Source of the DNA: Mytilus trossulus
Taxonomy: Eukaryota
Direction of reading: 5' to 3'
Assembly (NCBI RefSeq): GCF_036588685.1
Contig: NC_086380.1
Span: 26,226,001-26,290,000, forward strand
DNA: 64,000 nucleotides
Part shown: in pieces, positions 24,301 through 34,718 of the stretch
Layout: each line of letters begins with the position of its first letter
Numbering within the stretch: position 1 is the stretch's first letter
Notes under the pieces: model-generated
Databases searched by the model: none
What the model was told of the DNA's origin: nothing
Seen by the model: the letters and a program-made list of their open reading frames with translations, nothing else
Made by a program: the position numbers and the translations under genes

Positions 24301-27300
24301 GCGAACTATAAAAAAGAAGGTGTGGTATGATTGCCAATGAGACAACTATCAACAAAAGACAAAATGACACGGACATTAACAGCTTTACGGCCCTCAACAA
24401 TGAGCAAAGCCCATACCGCATAGTCAGCTATAAAAGCCCCTGATAAGACAATGTAAAACAATTCAAACGAGAAAACTAACGGCCTTATTTATGTGAAAAA
24501 AATAAACGAAAAACAAATATGTAACACATAAAACAAACGACAACCACTGAATTACAGGCTCCTGACTTTGGACAGACACATACATAAAAAATGTGGCGGG
24601 GTTAAAAATGCAAGCGGGATCCCAACCCTCCCCTACCCTAGGATAGTGGTATAACAGTACAACATAAGAACGAAGTATAAAAATCAGTTGAAAAAGGCTC
24701 AACTCATCAGATGGACAAAAATACAAGTGGACGTGGCCGGGTACTAATACATCCGGACAAAGAAGGACACACACAATGAACAGATATGAGAGTACTCGCA
24801 GTTATCTGACAGCTAGTACAAAGCCACTAACAACTAATTAAAAAAAAACATGCATCTAAGACTTAACTATCAATCCGTACATATCCACCTTCCAATGGAT
24901 TTAGTGTAAAAACGTACAAAACAACCAGAGAAAAACATGACATTGTGCTATGCCAAGTTACAGGTATCGACAGAGTGTAGATTCATGAATATGTATATGT
25001 ATATAACATACTAGTAATATTAAGTTAGCTTTTAATTTACTGTTAACAAAATCAATATGTATACCAACAAAAACAATATTCAATGATCTTATTACAGTGT
25101 TGAATAGGCACCTTTTATAATAAGTTTATTTAAAGAAGCGACAAGTGAACATGGGTCATTTCTAAATTTCCGCGCACGGTTAACAACATTTTTGTAAAAA
25201 TGAGGAAGTGTTATCCCGTTTGAAATAAGTACAACCAAACTTCAAAACCAAAATGGAAAAAAATAGTAAACATGGTAAAGGTATAAAAGTAATTTATGGT
25301 AACGATATTCCTGGTTTAATAATTTACCAGTAATACATAAGTTGCGTTTGTTAAAATCAAAAACGTCACAACAAACACGGGCATAGCGAACAAGTTGTGA
25401 CACATAAACACCTTAAGATGGTGCCAAAGAAACATCACCATCTAAAAATGGAAAATTAACAATAGGGAACGAAAAATCGTATCTTTTCTCGTAAATTTTA
25501 GTGTGGAGTTTCCCGTTTAAAATCGAAATATCTAAATCCAGGAAAGGAGAGTTATAACATTTTAGAAAGAAATAAGTACACATTAATAATAAAGGTCAGC
25601 TGCTGACCACTTCAGGCTGCTGATTTTTCACGTTGTGTTGAAGATTTATTTTACCTTCGGTTGATGTCTGCTCTTTGGTCGGGTTGATGTCTTTTTGACA
25701 CATTACCCATTTCCATTCTCATTTTGATACCATATATTTTGGATCTTAAGTACATGTTCGTAAATAACTGTCTCATTAAAAAGACTTAACATTATGTGTT
25801 AACAAATCCAAGACGAATTTTTGAGTTGATACCAATAAGTTCTATAAAATTGGACAACATTGTGTATTGACACATTTTAGATTTTTTTTTATGTTGTATA
25901 TACTATCACATGGTGTATCAACAGAACTGCATTTTACAACATCGCAGTATTTTCTAGAACAAATGAATGTGGTATGCGATATACTATCTACTCACCAGCA
26001 ATTATGAAAATAATGATATATGAAACTTGGTATGCATCGGAGACTCCTGAAATTACAATGTATTGAAATATACTAATTTGATAGTATGGCTTTTTTCAAT
26101 TTGTTATAACTTTTATAATGCGATCACTGATATAAACACTTTTTATAAGACTTCTGGAAAATATATCTTTCTTCGGTATTTTGTTATTTATAGCTTCAAT
26201 TCTTGGGTTAGTATGGATCACATGTAAAGACAACAGGTTATAACACATGTCGCCTAAAGAATAACCTGTTTTACTGACTGCATTTCAACAAGAAATCTAT
26301 AAGAGATTGTGTTAACATTCAACAAAGGTAAAACCTATGTCGACGCATATATGCTTGGTCACATAATCTTCGAATCGTACGAAAAACAATTAAGCACAGC
26401 AACTGTAGCAATAGCATCAGCAACACTTCCTCCTTATATAGCAGATACAACAACAGCAGCAACAACCGCAGCAGTTCCCTCCTTTAAAATATGTTATAAA
26501 ATGTCCTCGGCAGCAACAGCAGCAGTTCCCTCTTTTGAAAACATATTTGTTTCGTTTGGAGAACGTGTTTTTCAACAGACTGTCGACATTCCAATAGGAA
26601 CAAACTGTGCCCCTCTACTTGTCGACTTGTTTCTTTATTATTATGAGGCTGATTTCATGCAGGAACTTCTTAGAAAGAAAGATAAAAAGTTTTATCGGTC
26701 GTCCCACTGTTTATATCACTCTGTCCAGCTCTTAATATTATTCCGTATCATGTTTTTGTAACGTTCGTAAATGGTGAAGTTGAAATCATTCCTTCGTAAA
26801 TTTTACGGACGCCATCACGAGTTTGAATAACCGTTTCACAAATGATATCGGATATGTTCCTTTCGTTGTATCTACAATCCCTTTCCCTTTCATGAATGTG
26901 ACCTACCGAATAAGACTATTAACCAGATTTGTTAACACATAAGTAACACGACGGGTGCCAAATGTGGAGCAGGATCTGCCTACCCTTCCGGAGCTTCTGA
27001 GATCACCCCTAGTTTTTGGTGGGGTTCGTGTTGTGTATTCTTTAGTTTTCTATGTTGTGTCATGTGTACTATTGTTTTACTGTTTGTCTTTTTCATTTTT
27101 AGCCATGGTGTTGTCAATTTATTTTAGATTTATGAGTTTGAATGTCCCTTTGGTATCTTTTGTCCCTCTTTTAAGGAAAAGAATTAATTTCCTCAGCAGC
27201 AGCAGTCGTCTGAAGGAAGAGGACAAATTTTATCAACCCTGTGATTTTGTTTTTAATAAATCGAGTTTTTTTTTTCCATGATGGTATATTGACCGTCTTC

Positions 27301-30300
27301 GTGATGAAAGACGAATTTTATGAAAAACAAGCTACAACGAGTATTTGCTATTCGTTCCCAAAAAGAATCGTGTGGTTAATACACTGTACAATATATTTTT
27401 ACCCTCAATGCTCTCCAACTTCGTACTTTATTTGGCTCTTTACATCTTTTTTAACTCGACCGTCACTGGTGAGTCTTTTGTAGACGAAACGCGCGTCTAG
27501 CGCAAAAACAAAATTTCAATCCTCGTGTCTTTGATGAGATTATTGGACAAGAATGGTAGCCACTCTATGGAGAAAAACAGAAAATTGTGCTTTCCCAAAT
27601 AAAAATTTCCCACGATATCCCGGTTTGAGAAAGCGACGAATTTTATAATCACAAGAAGAGGAATATGAAAATTTTGAATGATCTGCAGCGCTGAAGATGA
27701 AAGAATCAACAATCTATTTACGGAAGGCGACACGAGTAAGTAATAAATTGTTAATAAACAAATTTAATCACAGAAATTTATCGGTAGTGGTAACTTACCA
27801 AAAACGAAACTGACATAAACTTATGCTTTTTACAATATCATTGACCGTCAAACCGTCATGTTTCCGTCTAGGGTGGACTTTTTCAACAATCATTTGAAGA
27901 AGCGACGAACAGACCCTGCGGATTCCTTCTTGTTAATCTTATACTCGGAACGACGAAATCGTAAATACGGTGAACTGATGTTTTGCAGACTAGCAAAGAA
28001 AACAACATTTCTGACGATCTAAATTGAGGGCATTGAAGGTGCAACATCAGACATATTGGATAACATAGAGGATTTTATAGCACATCTACAGTGTGGATTG
28101 GCGTTTGCACCGGACCAAAATTGTCAAGATAAATCTAGTCTTCATGTAGATCGTCATTTTTATTTGAAATTGTGATGCACTTGTCATAGATCTACTTATA
28201 ATTTGTTTATTAACAATTTATTACTTACTCGTGTCACTGTGTGTATTACTGTCAATGTACTGAACTGTTAGGTTGTCGTTTTTGAGCGATCTGAAAAGGG
28301 TAACAACAAAATAAATTTCATATTAACAAAAAAAAACAAAGAGGCTATGGCCTTCATGTTTCAGTGCCACGATATGGTCGTTACTATTAACATTCTATGT
28401 TTTATGAAGTCAAAGAATCTTATTTCAATTTGAGATACCTACAAACAAATATGTATACATGTTTGAATAGTAAAACGTCTGAGTTATAAGCACAAGTAAA
28501 CTTGCTTATATATTTTAATAGTGCAAATACCCTCAATTAATATACTTAATTCAATTATACAGCGTTAGTATTTAGATGTGTTTATATAATATCATCGTCT
28601 CCATAGAAAATATGTGTCCAAGAAAAGGATATGTGCTGTAACTGACAACGAACATACAAAACCACTGAATAAACGCTATTGCTTGTCAAGAGTGTGAACT
28701 GAAATAGCAAATAATTTTGTTACTTTTAATTATGTTACTGCATTGATAAAATGTGTTTGATTTTTTCTTATTTAGTTTGGCGATACAAAATAAAGATAAC
28801 ACTCCTCAATTAAGCTTTGAGGTGCCAATATAACATAAATAACGAATCAGTTTCTTCACTACAAAGATAAATATTTTGTTTGCAAACTTAAAAAGCCAGT
28901 AATGCGTCTTATACTCACCCAAATTAAAGATGCAATTGATCAGGTACTAAGAGATGAACAAGCAGGTTTCAGATCAAACAGAAGCTGCACTGACCAAAAA
29001 GCAACACTACGTACCATCATTGAACAATCAGTAGAATTGCAATTATTCCTCTACATCAACTTTGTCGATTTTGAAAGGGTGTTTGATAAAGAACAAAGTC
29101 GGGATGTGACAATTGCTAAGGCATTATTGTATACAAACAAAATGGTGAACATGATCAAGGCAATGCACGAGGATTTCATAGTACAGTTGATACAATAATC
29201 ATCATTCACAAACCCTTTTCAATGGAAATAATGGTGTGAAACAAGGCTGCCTACTCTCCCCTACATCATTCTTGATAGCTATTGACTTGGTAACTAAGCA
29301 TGAACTAGACACTACACCAAGAGGTATACACTGGAACTTCGCACAAAGGCTAGAAGACCTAGATTTGGCAGATTATCTGGCTTTGTTATCTCACCGTTTG
29401 AAAGACACGAGAGACAAAATCCCTCCATGAAACAGGCAAAAACTAGAGCTGCAAATCAAAATCTAGAAACAAAAAGTATGACAGTAAAGACCAGAAAAGG
29501 AGGAACAGTGTCAATTGCTTCTACGAAAAATTTAAAATATTCATGACATTCACCGAGCTACAGACTAGATAGAATTAAAGTAAGCTTTTCAGTCTTTTTT
29601 CAACTTTTCCATTTGACTTTAAGCAAGAAACAATCAGCCTACTAATTTTCTCACATATCACTTTTCATTAGGTCATTGCAGTCCTACTGCTACGTTTATT
29701 ACCATCCCTTATTATTCTGAATACTTCATTGTGGTTGTTAATAACAAAAAGATGAACAGTAAGTGTTTAATTTTAGCATATTTTCAATTTAAAAAAATAA
29801 ATGTATGCAATCAATAACATACATCAAACAGTGGTTTGGTAATAACCTGTTGTATTTTAGTCAATGACGTGTAGTGTTGTTATTTTTGTATCTGAAATTC
29901 AAAAGGTACTAAGCAAGAACTTCCATGCAAAGGCTGCATATCTAAAATATCACATTGTCTTGTAATGATGTAACTTACACTTGTTGGTATATTTCCTGAC
30001 ATGGTTTCGTCGCTTTTATATCTCCATCGGTGATGCATTGATAATCTATAGAAAAAAAAACAAATAATGGAATTGATAAATTAATTCATTCATCACATTA
30101 AATGTGTACTTTAAATGTTAATGTACAGTGATTTTCCTTTAATTACTTCAATTTTCGCTATTAATTTGATGTGTTCATACATGTTATATGTGACGATAAT
30201 CTTGATTTCAATTAAGTTGTAGTATGTTGATATTCGTTACATTAAATATTCAAATACTGTTCGTAAAAGAAGATTAATTCAGCTTTGCTACAACATACTC

Positions 30301-33141
30301 TGCATTTCTAGTTAGCATTATGGAAGTAGTCCTTTAATATAGAGTTATGTGTATACGTGACCCTCAGATGTTGTCTGCTCTATGGTCGGGTTGTTGTCTC
30401 TTTGACACATTCCTCATTTTCATTCTTAATTCTATATCTTGTTTTTGAAACAATGTTCCTGAGATTATGTCTCCAAACTGTATTTCATTTTCAATATACT
30501 AATCATATATAGTAGCCTAAAAACATACATCAGTTTTTATCAATTTCCAAACACTTTGTTCGTAGATAAATTAACTTGTGTCTAAACTTTAAAAAGTTAT
30601 GTTATCAATTTTGGTCGTCTGAATCTATCTTTTGTAACACTGTAACGTCATTTTTCAAATTGATGTTTATTATAATGATTTGAAGTTCAAACATTTGTCC
30701 ATTAGATCAGTAGAAAACAATTAATTGGATAAAGCTCAAACACATCAAACGAACGGACAATGCTTGGTAATAAATCATACACATACAAGGTGATATGTTA
30801 TCGTTTCACATGAACATTTTCAATTGTTTATAGCAACAATTATGTCAATTGAAACTCACCAGATGATAGGTTGGAACATTTCACTTTGAAACACGAGCAA
30901 TCTTCCGTTGATGGTTTACAGAAACAAGTGTTATTTGGTCTTGAAACGAACGCATATCCCCGTGTGTAGTCACAGCGACAAGCTGTATCAATACTATATG
31001 ACTCATTGCTGTAAACAATCTGTCCTTCTTCGTCACACTTTGATTTTCTAAGGATACATTCACTGTTTCCATGGGTAGTGAATACAACAGGTTGATATCT
31101 TCCGTCATTACATTTTGCTAGATTAAACAACGGTTGGAACACTAGCTTACTCCCTTAAAGTAGAAGACCTTAATGCTATATTCTAAATTATGTACTATCG
31201 AAGACTTCTGTGCAATTTTTATTTTACTGTTACATTTTTTATAATCAAGTTTTATTTTGTATTCAATGTTTTTGCCCGTTCTTGTATTGTAGTGCTTTTT
31301 TGTGGAAAAAATGTAGTATCGGTTTTAGTCAAGATTTTTGGGGAAAGTTTCAGATTCGAAACCATTTCGAAATACCTTGCTACAATTGTCTATATCTATA
31401 TAAATAACAAGGATTATTTAATGCAGACATAGCAATTATAACAACTTGTCATGGCGACAATTTTTAGTCCGGATAACAAGTTACAAACAAGGACCAATTT
31501 GATACACATGTTAAATTTCAAAGACAATAATTTTGCTCTCTTAACACTTATACCTTATTCGTTATTCATAGAGATATTCTAAGCATTGAATACATATGTT
31601 TTATAAAAAATAAACTAACAAACCTTATTTTTCAATATATAAATTGTGTAATGTTGATATCGGTAAAAACTAAACGTGTGCAATTAGCACTCATCATGCA
31701 GAGCATTGAAAACGGAATCAAACTACGGAATTCAAATAAGGGCTATTACAACTGCATGTAACGTTTTTGTCCCTAAATTTTAAAATTGTAGGTGCAATTG
31801 AACAACTAATTTACACTTTTACCATGCTAATATTATTTTTAGTAAATGTGCAAAAGTATGCCTCAAAGTTGGTCATCAATTTTGAACATTTTTCTTTCTT
31901 TATCTAGACCTGAAAGATTCAGTGATGCTGGTAGAGGTATCCAGCTGTAGCCTGCATGTAGAGTGGACCCCAGTTAACAAATTGAATCCAACAGTTGGAC
32001 TGATCTTGGTTCAGCAGTCTACAGAAGGTCCGAATTTGTGCTTAAAATGCAATTTATACAAGAGAAACATGACCATAGATAGCCTCAAGGTGACGGAACA
32101 TACATACATGTAACTTTCGAGATAAGTACTATTATGCTGACTTCTCAAAGTGTGGAGCCAAATAACAGTGGTCTGGGTACGCCCATCATATGAAGGTCAC
32201 CGCATGGTAAGGGTTCAGAACTTATTAGTTCCATAAAAAAACTGACCTATATCAACTACATTATGGAAATCTCAATTTTTGAGAGAAAAAAACGTGTTTC
32301 AACCAGTTTTACCTATACTACTTTGATCTGAACCTAAACAACTCTCCTCGTATTTTTCTCCCAGTAAATTGAACAAACACACGTATTTTGATTCCGAATA
32401 ACACGAAATATTTGCTCTCAATCTCCATTCTGCTTTGGTTGGACATTTAAGGTCAAATCCAGTTACTGTTCCAATCATCTAAAATAAAGATATGAATTAT
32501 CTATTTCCCTCATTTTAAATCATGTTAGTTAATCATAATTTATAACAAAGAAGTTACATTCAAGGAAAAACAGTATGTCATTAAACGATGTGATATGCTG
32601 AAATCAGAAAAACAAGCCTGGTATACTATTTTATTTGTTTAAACTACTTTTAAGATTTAGCATTTAAAGATTTCACTGTAACTTGTACTCATCTGGGATT
32701 TATTGATCAAGGATGAAATGTTTTCACAAACGGGTATTAATTTACCTATATAGTCCATAAATAACATATAATGACAATATTATTAACACTATCAGATTTA
32801 CTGCATGTTGAGTATGAATATTAATTTGTACAAAATGCATTTGATATATGATATATAACTTTCGAACACTCAAATGAATTGTGTGAATCTAACAAGTACT
32901 TGAATATTGTATTTTTACTTCCATTGCCTATGACTTGATCTTCAATTTCCTATGCTGAATCGGGTATATTTTATTAAGTATACTACTATTTTAGACATAG
33001 ATTACAGTGGATAAGATGAGTTCATATATACTTTTGATTTTTCATAGAATCAAAATATTGCGACGTCAACAATTTTAATTGTTGATATCGTTCGCAGAAT
33101 AATTTTGATCAAACATTTACCAAGATCAGTAGAATGACCAT
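5142..33141 (-). CDS. Transmembrane receptor-type Roco protein (SP, TNFR-like Cys-rich ectodomain, TM, Ig, Roc GTPase, COR), ~1080 aa, at least 11 coding exons
   Basis: GT-AG exons: 33121-33141, 32313-32478, 30860-31153, 29979-30045, 25996-26046, 23544-23591, 22411-22710, 21833-22084, 8236-8952, 7067-7176, 5142-6344. All junctions are phase-compatible except 29979->26046 (phase 2 vs 1). Motifs: GKNGVGKT, STDGIDI, WDFAGQ, VCTNED, FVSN, then COR. Confidence 0.8.
7067..7176 (-). CDS. Roco exon with Roc G4 region
   Basis: tttacag|..YVRFWFDAIHCYW..PPIIVVCTNEDKIK|gtaaag; phase 1 to 0. Confidence 0.88.
8236..8952 (-). CDS. Roco exon: low-complexity insert followed by Roc G3
   Basis: ctcacag|..IDHDLARLIQQV...ALWDFAGQKDFYATHQVFLSKCAVFLLV..DTA|gtaag; phase 1 to 1, 717 nt. 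Confidence 0.9.
9037..9502. mobile_element. MITE with TA target duplication and internal (ACACCAT)n arrays (Tc1/mariner-like ends)
   Basis: TIR cagtccttggatggtgcaaact / agtttacaccatccaagggctg, TA on both sides (9035-9036, 9503-9504), two degenerate heptamer arrays. Confidence 0.8.
9690..10065 (+). repeat. Interspersed repeat (probable PLE terminal fragment); related copies at ~7540-7715 (+), ~4660-5030 (-), ~7300-7350 (-)
   Basis: Shared gttgatgtgttt..tttgt(a/g)ac..cgatttatga..aac(a/g)gcg motif. Confidence 0.55.
10240..12760 (+). mobile_element. 5'-truncated, decayed Tx1/L1 LINE (RT and C-terminal Cys region) in the large Roco intron
   Basis: KAFDSLDWEF, GIRQGCPLSAILFVFAVEILA, LADDT, EGGLGMIDI, CSVCG..H...C; many stops and frameshifts. 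Confidence 0.88.
11582..11918 (+). mobile_element. Short interspersed repeat inserted into the L1; further copies at ~48736-49050, ~49872-50185 (+) and ~25595-25727, ~30365-30432, ~45515-45581 (-)
   Basis: aaaattga(c/g)aatggaaatggggaatgtgtcaaagagacaacaacccgacc...gacttgggacaggcgcaaaa..gcggggttaaaca recurs; it interrupts the L1 reading frame. Confidence 0.8.
14733..15614. mobile_element. Kolobok-like MITE
   Basis: TIR ggagactcgcggata / tacccgcgagcctcc, RR termini, flanked by ttga / ttaa. Confidence 0.65.
15990..16138 (-). repeat. Fragment of the hammerhead-bearing repeat family, truncated at the ribozyme
   Basis: Reverse complement reads acgcgtgtttggc..aactctggtatctataat..gtcgatgccactgctggtg, similar to the region 3' of the HHR at 39281. 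Confidence 0.5.
17083..17159. repeat. Palindromic hairpin element
   Basis: tggcctgggccgtgatattcg ... cgaatatcacggcctaggcca. Confidence 0.8.
17470..20937 (+). mobile_element. 5'-truncated Penelope-like retroelement (Naiad-type RT, no C-terminal GIY-YIG), inactivated
   Basis: CDC..SP...GHVITGDL, GPKFREP, VPADK, YWIPK, TFDFSTLYT, QVVGIPMGTNCAPLL, FRYIDY (YIDD mutated), YDKRDDF, YGIYISQLIR. ORF ends ~19720, then a long 3' region ending in ...gattttactttttt. Confidence 0.9.
20086..20637 (+). repeat. ~263-bp tandem direct repeat in the PLE 3' region
   Basis: 20086-20348 and 20349-20637 are near-identical; the second copy has a 27-nt insert. Confidence 0.9.
21110..21281. repeat. Long palindromic element
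   Basis: catggcaacatccgtatcatatgtcgtatcatcct ... agggtgatacggcatgtaatacggattttgccatg, with extended flanking arms. Confidence 0.8.
21833..22084 (-). CDS. Roco exon with Roc P-loop (G1) and G2
   Basis: FARVIIIGKNGVGKTSLMRRLL..STDGIDI; tttcaag| ... |gtaag; phase 1 to 1. Confidence 0.92.
22411..22710 (-). CDS. Roco exon encoding an Ig-like domain
   Basis: LKCYV..AGW...DIYKCKASNIIG pattern; symmetric phase 1 exon of 300 nt. Confidence 0.82.
22990..23399 (+). mobile_element. PLE 3'-end fragment (family also at 26540-27172 +, 56420-56620 +; 23626-23870 -, 55170-55310 -, 56880-57420 -)
   Basis: LLSRKLLNQ..KLKSSLRKFY.R remnant followed by the ggagcagg..cttccggagc..ttagccatggcgttgtcag..cctctttt tail. 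Confidence 0.8.
23544..23591 (-). CDS. Roco micro-exon, second half of the TM helix
   Basis: tatatttcag|..YIAIIIITSLKCYVF|gtaagt; 48 nt, phase 1 to 1. Confidence 0.75.
23626..23870 (-). mobile_element. PLE 3'-tail copy, inverted relative to 22990-23399 and 26540-27172
   Basis: Reverse complement matches 23324-23399 and ~26950-27172. Confidence 0.8.
24310..25590 (-). mobile_element. Decayed PLE (3' RT end plus terminal repeat)
   Basis: Minus strand gives PFLDLDI, DFSFPIVNFPFLDGDVSLAPS*GVYVSQLVRYARVC; the tail contains gtggtatgattgccaatgagacaac. Confidence 0.8.
25996..26046 (-). CDS. Roco micro-exon, first half of the TM helix
   Basis: gtaatttcag|..VSDAYQVSYIIIFIIA|gtgagt; 51 nt, phase 1 to 1. 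Confidence 0.75.
26540..27172 (+). mobile_element. Internally deleted PLE (RT fragment plus 3' tail)
   Basis: NIFVSFGERVFQQTVDIPIGTNCAPLLVDLFLYYYEADF, then KLKSFLRKFYGRHHE and the family tail. Confidence 0.85.
27240..27990 (+). pseudogene. Polinton/Maverick packaging ATPase fossil, interrupted by a hammerhead repeat
   Basis: Across stops and frameshifts: FSMMVY*PSS**KTNF (decayed Walker A), PKRIVWL, GQEW*PLY, RNMKILNDL, DERINNLFTEG, HRNLSVV, FEEATNRPCGFLLVNL..TDVL. Confidence 0.7.
27461..27503 (+). ncRNA. Degenerate type I hammerhead ribozyme (core CUGGUGA)
   Basis: cgtca ctggtga gtct tttgt agac gaa acgcgcgt c tagcg. Confidence 0.55.
28900..29520 (+). mobile_element. RTE-clade LINE RT fragment
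   Basis: LRDEQAGFRSNRSCTDQ..LRTIIEQS..YINFVDFE; GVKQGCLLSP; LEDLDLAD.LALLS. Confidence 0.85.
29979..30045 (-). CDS. Roco exon, end of the Cys-rich ectodomain
   Basis: ttctatag|DYQCITDGDIKATKPCQEIYQQ|gtaagt. Confidence 0.75.
30860..31153 (-). CDS. Roco exon, TNFR-like cysteine-rich ectodomain
   Basis: CNDGRYQP..GNSECILRKSKCDEEGQ..DTACRCDYTRGYAF..CFCKPSTEDCSCF; phase 1 to 1. Confidence 0.85.
32313..32478 (-). CDS. Roco exon 2 (end of signal peptide, first four Cys)
   Basis: tattttag|MIGTVTGFDLKCPTKAEWRLRANISCYSESKYVCLFNLLGEKYEESCLGSDQSSI|gtaaaa. Confidence 0.82.
33121..33141 (-). CDS. Roco first coding exon (signal peptide start)
   Basis: aaaATGG context with in-frame upstream stops; MVILLIL|gtaaat joins exon 2 to give MVILLILMIGTVTG. 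Confidence 0.65.
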
Positions 33142-33776
33142 TTTGCCTCATCATATGTCAATGAACCAGTATTTTACTGTTCTCTTTCGAATCTGAACAT
33201 CTGTATTGAAGAGAAAAAAACTGAGTTATTATACATGACATACAATTTAGAATATGGAACACCTTTATTTACAGGATTTATAACAAACAAATCATACGAA
33301 TGGCGTACAAAGTACAAATAATGTATGTAAACTATCCAACATGAGTGTTTTATATATGTTCTGCATCTTCAAACTGATTTTTTAAAAATAAGAATAATTC
33401 TGGTTTTGCATTTTTCAGACATTTGATATCTGACATATGTAAGGAATAATGTTGAGAGAAGAAAGTTACATTATTGATGTTAATCGCAATTTCCAACAGT
33501 GGTAAGTAATGTTCAATGGTATGGATTCCTGCTATATATGTTTTAAAACAGTTGAAATTACTAATTTCTATAAAAGTGTAATGATGTATAGGTCTATTAT
33601 TATACTATTCTATTTTCCTAAAAATAAGCTGATGTATGATTTTGAAACGTCAAATGTTGCACTTTATATTCCATGGGTTAAATACCGACACAAAAAAAAC
33701 TCAAAACATAAAAAAGCCATTATAAGTGAAAGATATGCATTGTCAATGACAGATCTGCATAGTTCGTGTGTGCATG

Positions 33777-34718
33777 TGTTTCAGACCATACCCATATGGT
33801 CATGACCATATGCGTATACTCATTTGGTCTGACCATACGTGTATTTTCCGACCGTACGCGTATGGTCAGACCATATGAGTATAATACACGTTTGGTTATT
33901 AAAGGTCCGGACCATATAGGTATTTTTGTTTAAATTACATTATAAAAATTTCAATAAAACAAAAACTGTATCTAAAAAAAGAATGACGGTTTCATGACAA
34001 TGTATTATTTTCATAGTTCAAATACTACGTAAAAATTAAACATTGATGCCATAGATTTTTTTCCCCTTATTACATTCTTGCATGTAGGCTTGGGTGAAAT
34101 TTACCTCCACATGGTATCATAGATTTTTTTTGCAATTGCAAGTCTTGATTGTGCACAACCCTTTTCATTTACACCTTAAAACCTAGTCTTTTTGTAGCTG
34201 CGTACAGTGATACAGAAGTCTTGTGCCATTCCGATATGTCTACGGTGTTTTAAGAAGCTCTATATCTTACATATCGTAACATGATTGCAATACAACACAT
34301 TCACAAGACAACTTAAACAAACTACGTTAGTTTCAAGTGATCTTTTGTGTAGCAGTTCATAAAGACATTTTTGGAATTTATTTATTGAAGTCGACAAATT
34401 GCCATTCACTCGTAATAATAAATCGGTAATGACTATCGGTAATGACCATCGATATACAATGTGTTTATTATAGTTTTGACAGTTAAGTAAAATTAACAAT
34501 GTGAAACTTTTAATTTTCATTTAGCTAATCTTTTATTATAATATAATAATTAAATTACCTATACGATAGAGTCTTTTTAATAAACAGTGACATATGAAGA
34601 TTTTAGAAGTATCAAAAGTAAACTGTAACAGATTGTTAATTACCCCGACCATATGATTATATACCCATATGGTCATGACCATACGCGTATGGTCCAAATC
34701 CTCATATGGTCCGGAACA
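33777..34718. mobile_element. Non-autonomous TIR element with 8-bp TSD and palindromic subterminal repeats
   Basis: TIR tgtttcagaccata / tatggtccggaaca; flanks tgtgcatg / tatgcatg; repeated gaccata..tatggtc units at both ends. Confidence 0.75.

Noticed and set aside
26309-26761. 150-aa ORF with an Ala/Thr-rich start and RT-like end
   Set aside because: Chance fusion of low-complexity sequence with a PLE RT fragment.
28658-28698. 41-nt candidate exon with the right phases to bridge the Roco stalk
   Set aside because: Contains TGA in the required frame and creates another stop at the next junction.
29672-29758. Plus-strand exon-like segment (ttcattag|...|gtaagt)
   Set aside because: No recognisable product or partner exons.
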